Shown piece by piece: positions 61,494 to 64,000 of a stretch of DNA of 64,000 nt. Source of the DNA: a virus. Its lineage: Duplodnaviria; Caudoviricetes. The notes under the pieces are model-generated. The model ran no database searches. It saw only the letters and a list, made by a program, of their open reading frames with translations, and was not told the DNA's origin. Position 1 is the stretch's first letter. Each line of letters starts with the position of its first letter. The translations under genes were made by a program, and so were the position numbers. The stretch is from IMG/VR virus record IMGVR_UViG_3300025674_000014; one strand, 5' to 3'.

Positions 61494-62138
61494 ATGACTG
61501 ACTTTGAAAAGTTAATTTATAATCGACATCTTGCTGAAACTAGATCTAGTCAAGGCAAACCTTTTAAACTAAGACAAAACTTCGATAAAATTGACGAGTC
61601 AACAAAAGTATACCTTACCCGCTTATCAAACTTCTTTAATAAACATAAAAATATTAACATAAATAAATTTTTTAGAGCTCCATTTAAGATATACAAAGAT
61701 AAACCTCATCTTGGGCTTGATTTTTATCTAAGTATGAAAGCAGTCAAGCTTTATCGAGAGTATATCAATTCAATTAACAGGCAATCTCCAGATTCAGATG
61801 ATGCTAAATTAGGTTTTAAACAATCTATGGAGTTTGTTATCAAGTTTTGCAAAGATAAACAAATTAAATTTTCTGATTATGTTAATCACAAGGAGGAAAA
61901 TGCAATGAATTCGTTTTTTGAGCATTTAAAACACGGAAAAGTTACATTACTTTTTCTTTTTATGTATCCATCTTTTGAACTGCAACTTAAAACCGTAGAC
62001 GTTGAAATGAGACAACATATTTTAGGTGATACATTTAATGATATTACCAATATGAGAGTTAAATTTTACAATTGTTCAGAACAAACCAAAGGTATATTCA
62101 AAAAACATTTTGATAATGCCGTAAAAGTAATGGGTTGA
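61494..62138 (+). CDS. possible helicase loader (gp59-like)
   Basis: 214 aa, directly upstream of gene 32 as in T4; no motif confirmed. Confidence 0.4.
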   Translation: MTDFEKLIYNRHLAETRSSQGKPFKLRQNFDKIDESTKVYLTRLSNFFNKHKNININKFFRAPFKIYKDKPHLGLDFYLSMKAVKLYREYINSINRQSPDSDDAKLGFKQSMEFVIKFCKDKQIKFSDYVNHKEENAMNSFFEHLKHGKVTLLFLFMYPSFELQLKTVDVEMRQHILGDTFNDITNMRVKFYNCSEQTKGIFKKHFDNAVKVMG

Positions 62139-62162
62139 TTTAAAATCGGTTTCTTCTATAAT
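62135..62162 (+). promoter_or_regulatory. early/middle-type promoter for gene 32
   Basis: TTGATT-N16-TATAAT, followed by a long leader. Confidence 0.8.
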
Positions 62163-62169
62163 TAATTTT

Positions 62170-62230
62170 GTAAGGTGGCGAGTGTTACCTATACGAAAAA
62201 TAACGAAATAAAAACTAAAACTAAACTAAA
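62170..62230 (+). promoter_or_regulatory. gene 32 5' leader: hairpin plus unstructured A-rich tract (putative autogenous operator)
   Basis: gtaAGGTGGC-gagt-GTTACCTatac stem-loop then gaaaaataacgaaataaaaactaaaactaaactaaa. Confidence 0.6.
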
Positions 62231-63097
62231 ATGACAAATATTAATACATTATTCGAAAGCATCAAAGGTTCTATGGAAAAAGCAACTGGACAATCAACCA
62301 GAGGTCAGTTTCTTAGGACAGAAGTAGGTAATACATATACGGTTAGGTTGATTCCTAACGTTAAAGACCCAGCTAAGACATTCTTCCATTACTATACACA
62401 TGGATGGACATCGTTTGCAACTGGTCAGTACGTTAATCATATCAGTCCTAATACGTGGGGTGAACGTGATCCTATTGCAGAGACAAGGTATAGGTTGTCT
62501 AAGACTGGTTCTGAAGAAGAAAAGTCAAAAGCATCATCTATTCTTCGTCGTGAAAACTGGATGGTCAATGTACTTGTTATAAATGACCCGGTTAATCCTG
62601 ATAATAATGGTACGATTAAGTTGCTTCGCTTTGGTAGACAGTTGCATAAGATCATTATGGAAGCTATGCAAGGTGAAGAAGCTGAAGATTTCGGTCCTCG
62701 CATCTTTGACGTTGCTAATGGCTGTGATTTTCGTATCAAAGTTGAGAAGCAAGGTGATTATCCTACCTATGTTTCATCAAAATTCGGTATGCCTAAGTCA
62801 CTCACCACTGATTATGAAGGTGGTGCTGATGCAATTCATAACGATGCATTTGATCTTGAGTCAGTCTTTACAGTAAAATCGTATGACGAACTAAAAGAAG
62901 TGTTGAACGAGCATTTTTACTGTGTAAGTAATGATGAAGAAGCTAGTACCGCTACAAGTCCGGTAGCTGCAGCAGCAGTAGTAACTGAAAGTGTTGCAGC
63001 AGTCACAAAAACAGTGACTGATTCACCTGTAGAAACTAAATCTACTGATGAAGACATTGATGACTTGTTGGCGAGTCTAGGTGACCTATCATCATAA
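62231..63097 (+). CDS. 32: single-stranded DNA-binding protein gp32
   Basis: VRLIP, F.YY.H.W, P..WG..DPI, NV.VI.DP..P.N.G....R.G..L.K, G.DF.IK; acidic tail DIDDLLA.L. Confidence 0.9.
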   Translation: MTNINTLFESIKGSMEKATGQSTRGQFLRTEVGNTYTVRLIPNVKDPAKTFFHYYTHGWTSFATGQYVNHISPNTWGERDPIAETRYRLSKTGSEEEKSKASSILRRENWMVNVLVINDPVNPDNNGTIKLLRFGRQLHKIIMEAMQGEEAEDFGPRIFDVANGCDFRIKVEKQGDYPTYVSSKFGMPKSLTTDYEGGADAIHNDAFDLESVFTVKSYDELKEVLNEHFYCVSNDEEASTATSPVAAAAVVTESVAAVTKTVTDSPVETKSTDEDIDDLLASLGDLSS

Positions 63098-63098
63098 C

Positions 63099-63602
63099 AT
63101 GTCTGAAGAACGTACAAATGTAAATTACGACGCGGTTAGTCCGGCTCCAACAGGGCCGGACAACCCTTACGATGATGCCTTAGCTTTTCGTTCACTATTA
63201 GGGGCTGTTCACGGTGAATTTGATAGAATGGTGAATAGTAACATGGTGTCAGAATCAAAAACCCTACAAAAAGTAAATGGTAAAGCCATTTTAGAAAAGG
63301 GGGTAAAAGAATTAATGGGTAAACAACAACCTGTTAATCAAATACCACATCATGTTGAACAACAAATAGCCCAACAACAACCTATCCCTCAACCAGCTCC
63401 TCAAATTCAAGCTGCTCCACAACCAGTTCCTGTAGTACAACCTGCTGTAGATCCAAATCAACTTGAATTAAACTTTGATAAGTCTGCAACAGTTAATGAA
63501 ATTTTTGAAAAACTAGAAGATATTGAAATAAAACTTTCCAATATCACAAAAGTTTTAGAAAATATAACTCCTACCAAAAAAAAGACTCTTGTAAAAAAGT
63601 AG
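63099..63602 (+). CDS. hypothetical protein with P/Q-rich linker
   Basis: Likely start 63099, 1 nt after gene 32 stop; QLEL.F motif. Confidence 0.55.
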   Translation: MSEERTNVNYDAVSPAPTGPDNPYDDALAFRSLLGAVHGEFDRMVNSNMVSESKTLQKVNGKAILEKGVKELMGKQQPVNQIPHHVEQQIAQQQPIPQPAPQIQAAPQPVPVVQPAVDPNQLELNFDKSATVNEIFEKLEDIEIKLSNITKVLENITPTKKKTLVKK

Positions 63603-63616
63603 ATAGCTTCTATAAT
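63589..63616 (+). promoter_or_regulatory. early/middle-type promoter for sliding clamp
   Basis: TTGTAA-N16-TATAAT, ATG 5 nt later. Confidence 0.75.
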
Positions 63617-63621
63617 AGGGT

Positions 63622-64000
63622 ATGGTCATTAATATCCTAGATAAGAGTCAGTTTATTAATAGTTTTCTCAAGCCTATTAGTGCATTGACTGATGCGGTCG
63701 TCATAAAGAACGTAAATAACAAACTATTGTGCATTGCAAACAATGAGCAAGGTTTAATTTTATGTGCAACTTATGGTATCGAACTTGAAGATAGCGTTCA
63801 GCTTAATATTCCTAATGTTAAACGTTTAGAAAAAGTACTTTCATTTATTGAAGGTGAAAATCTTAAGTTAGAATATAGGTCAAATGCACTATCTTATAAA
63901 GATAAAAAGATTAGATTTAAGTATCACTTTCTAGATGATAATATTATTCAATCACCAAAGCTTAGTCTAAAGAAAATTAGTAGTCTTGAGAGTGATATTG
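63622..64000 (+). CDS. 45: sliding clamp gp45-like, N-terminal part (runs off window edge)
   Basis: Not in ORF track; MVINILDKSQFINSFLKPISALTDAVVIK...LNIPNVKRLEKVLS...IRFKYHFLDDNII. Confidence 0.7.
   Translation, partial: MVINILDKSQFINSFLKPISALTDAVVIKNVNNKLLCIANNEQGLILCATYGIELEDSVQLNIPNVKRLEKVLSFIEGENLKLEYRSNALSYKDKKIRFKYHFLDDNIIQSPKLSLKKISSLESDI

Noticed and set aside
1692-62876. Many short alternative-frame or antisense ORFs in the track (e.g. 1692-1916, 2562-2786, 4165-4458, 11149-11466, 25224-25511, 43803-44144, 55058-55480, 62437-62739)
   Set aside because: They lie wholly inside longer ORFs with recognisable motifs, have no promoter motif or coupling, and show shadow-ORF composition.
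1-64000. CRISPR array, tRNA, rRNA or large structured ncRNA
   Set aside because: The longest intergenic gaps are under 100 nt, and no spaced direct repeats or cloverleaf signatures were seen.
1-64000. Stop-codon reassignment, inteins or introns
   Set aside because: Core genes (43, 41, uvsX, uvsW, 46, thyX) are uninterrupted and of normal length in code 11; TAA, TAG and TGA all end genes.

Overview
This is a 64 kb segment of a large, AT-rich T4-like (Straboviridae-like) phage genome, almost fully coding. It carries the T4-type replication and transcription core (gp62, UvsY, UvsW, gp55, gp47, gp46, gp43, UvsX, gp41, gp32, gp45). No tRNA, rRNA, CRISPR array, intein or intron was seen. Four layers stand out. 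(1) A dispersed 7-deazaguanine pathway (folE, queD, queE, queC, class II Gat) occurs with a dATP/dGTP diphosphohydrolase, a dNMP-kinase-like gene and DUF366, but no dpdA in the window; QueC has lost its canonical Zn motif. (2) More than 20 glycan synthesis or decoration genes sit in blocks and between core replication genes. (3) About 15 late-promoter proteins begin with a T4 capsid-targeting/prohead-protease-like propeptide. They include Mn-SOD, an RNA-ligase-like protein, a HIGH nucleotidyltransferase, a PD-(D/E)xK-like protein, a retropepsin-like peptidase and many small basic Cys-rich proteins, which suggests a packaged and injected proteome. (4) The regulatory grammar is very regular: about 21 T[TG]Gnnn-N16-TAnnnT early/middle promoters and about 16 TAAATA late promoters, with the start codon typically 5-8 nt after the -10 element. 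This implies leaderless mRNAs without Shine-Dalgarno sites; gene 32 is the clear exception. A phage-encoded outer-membrane beta-barrel is also present. All family assignments come from motif recognition by eye; no database search was run.
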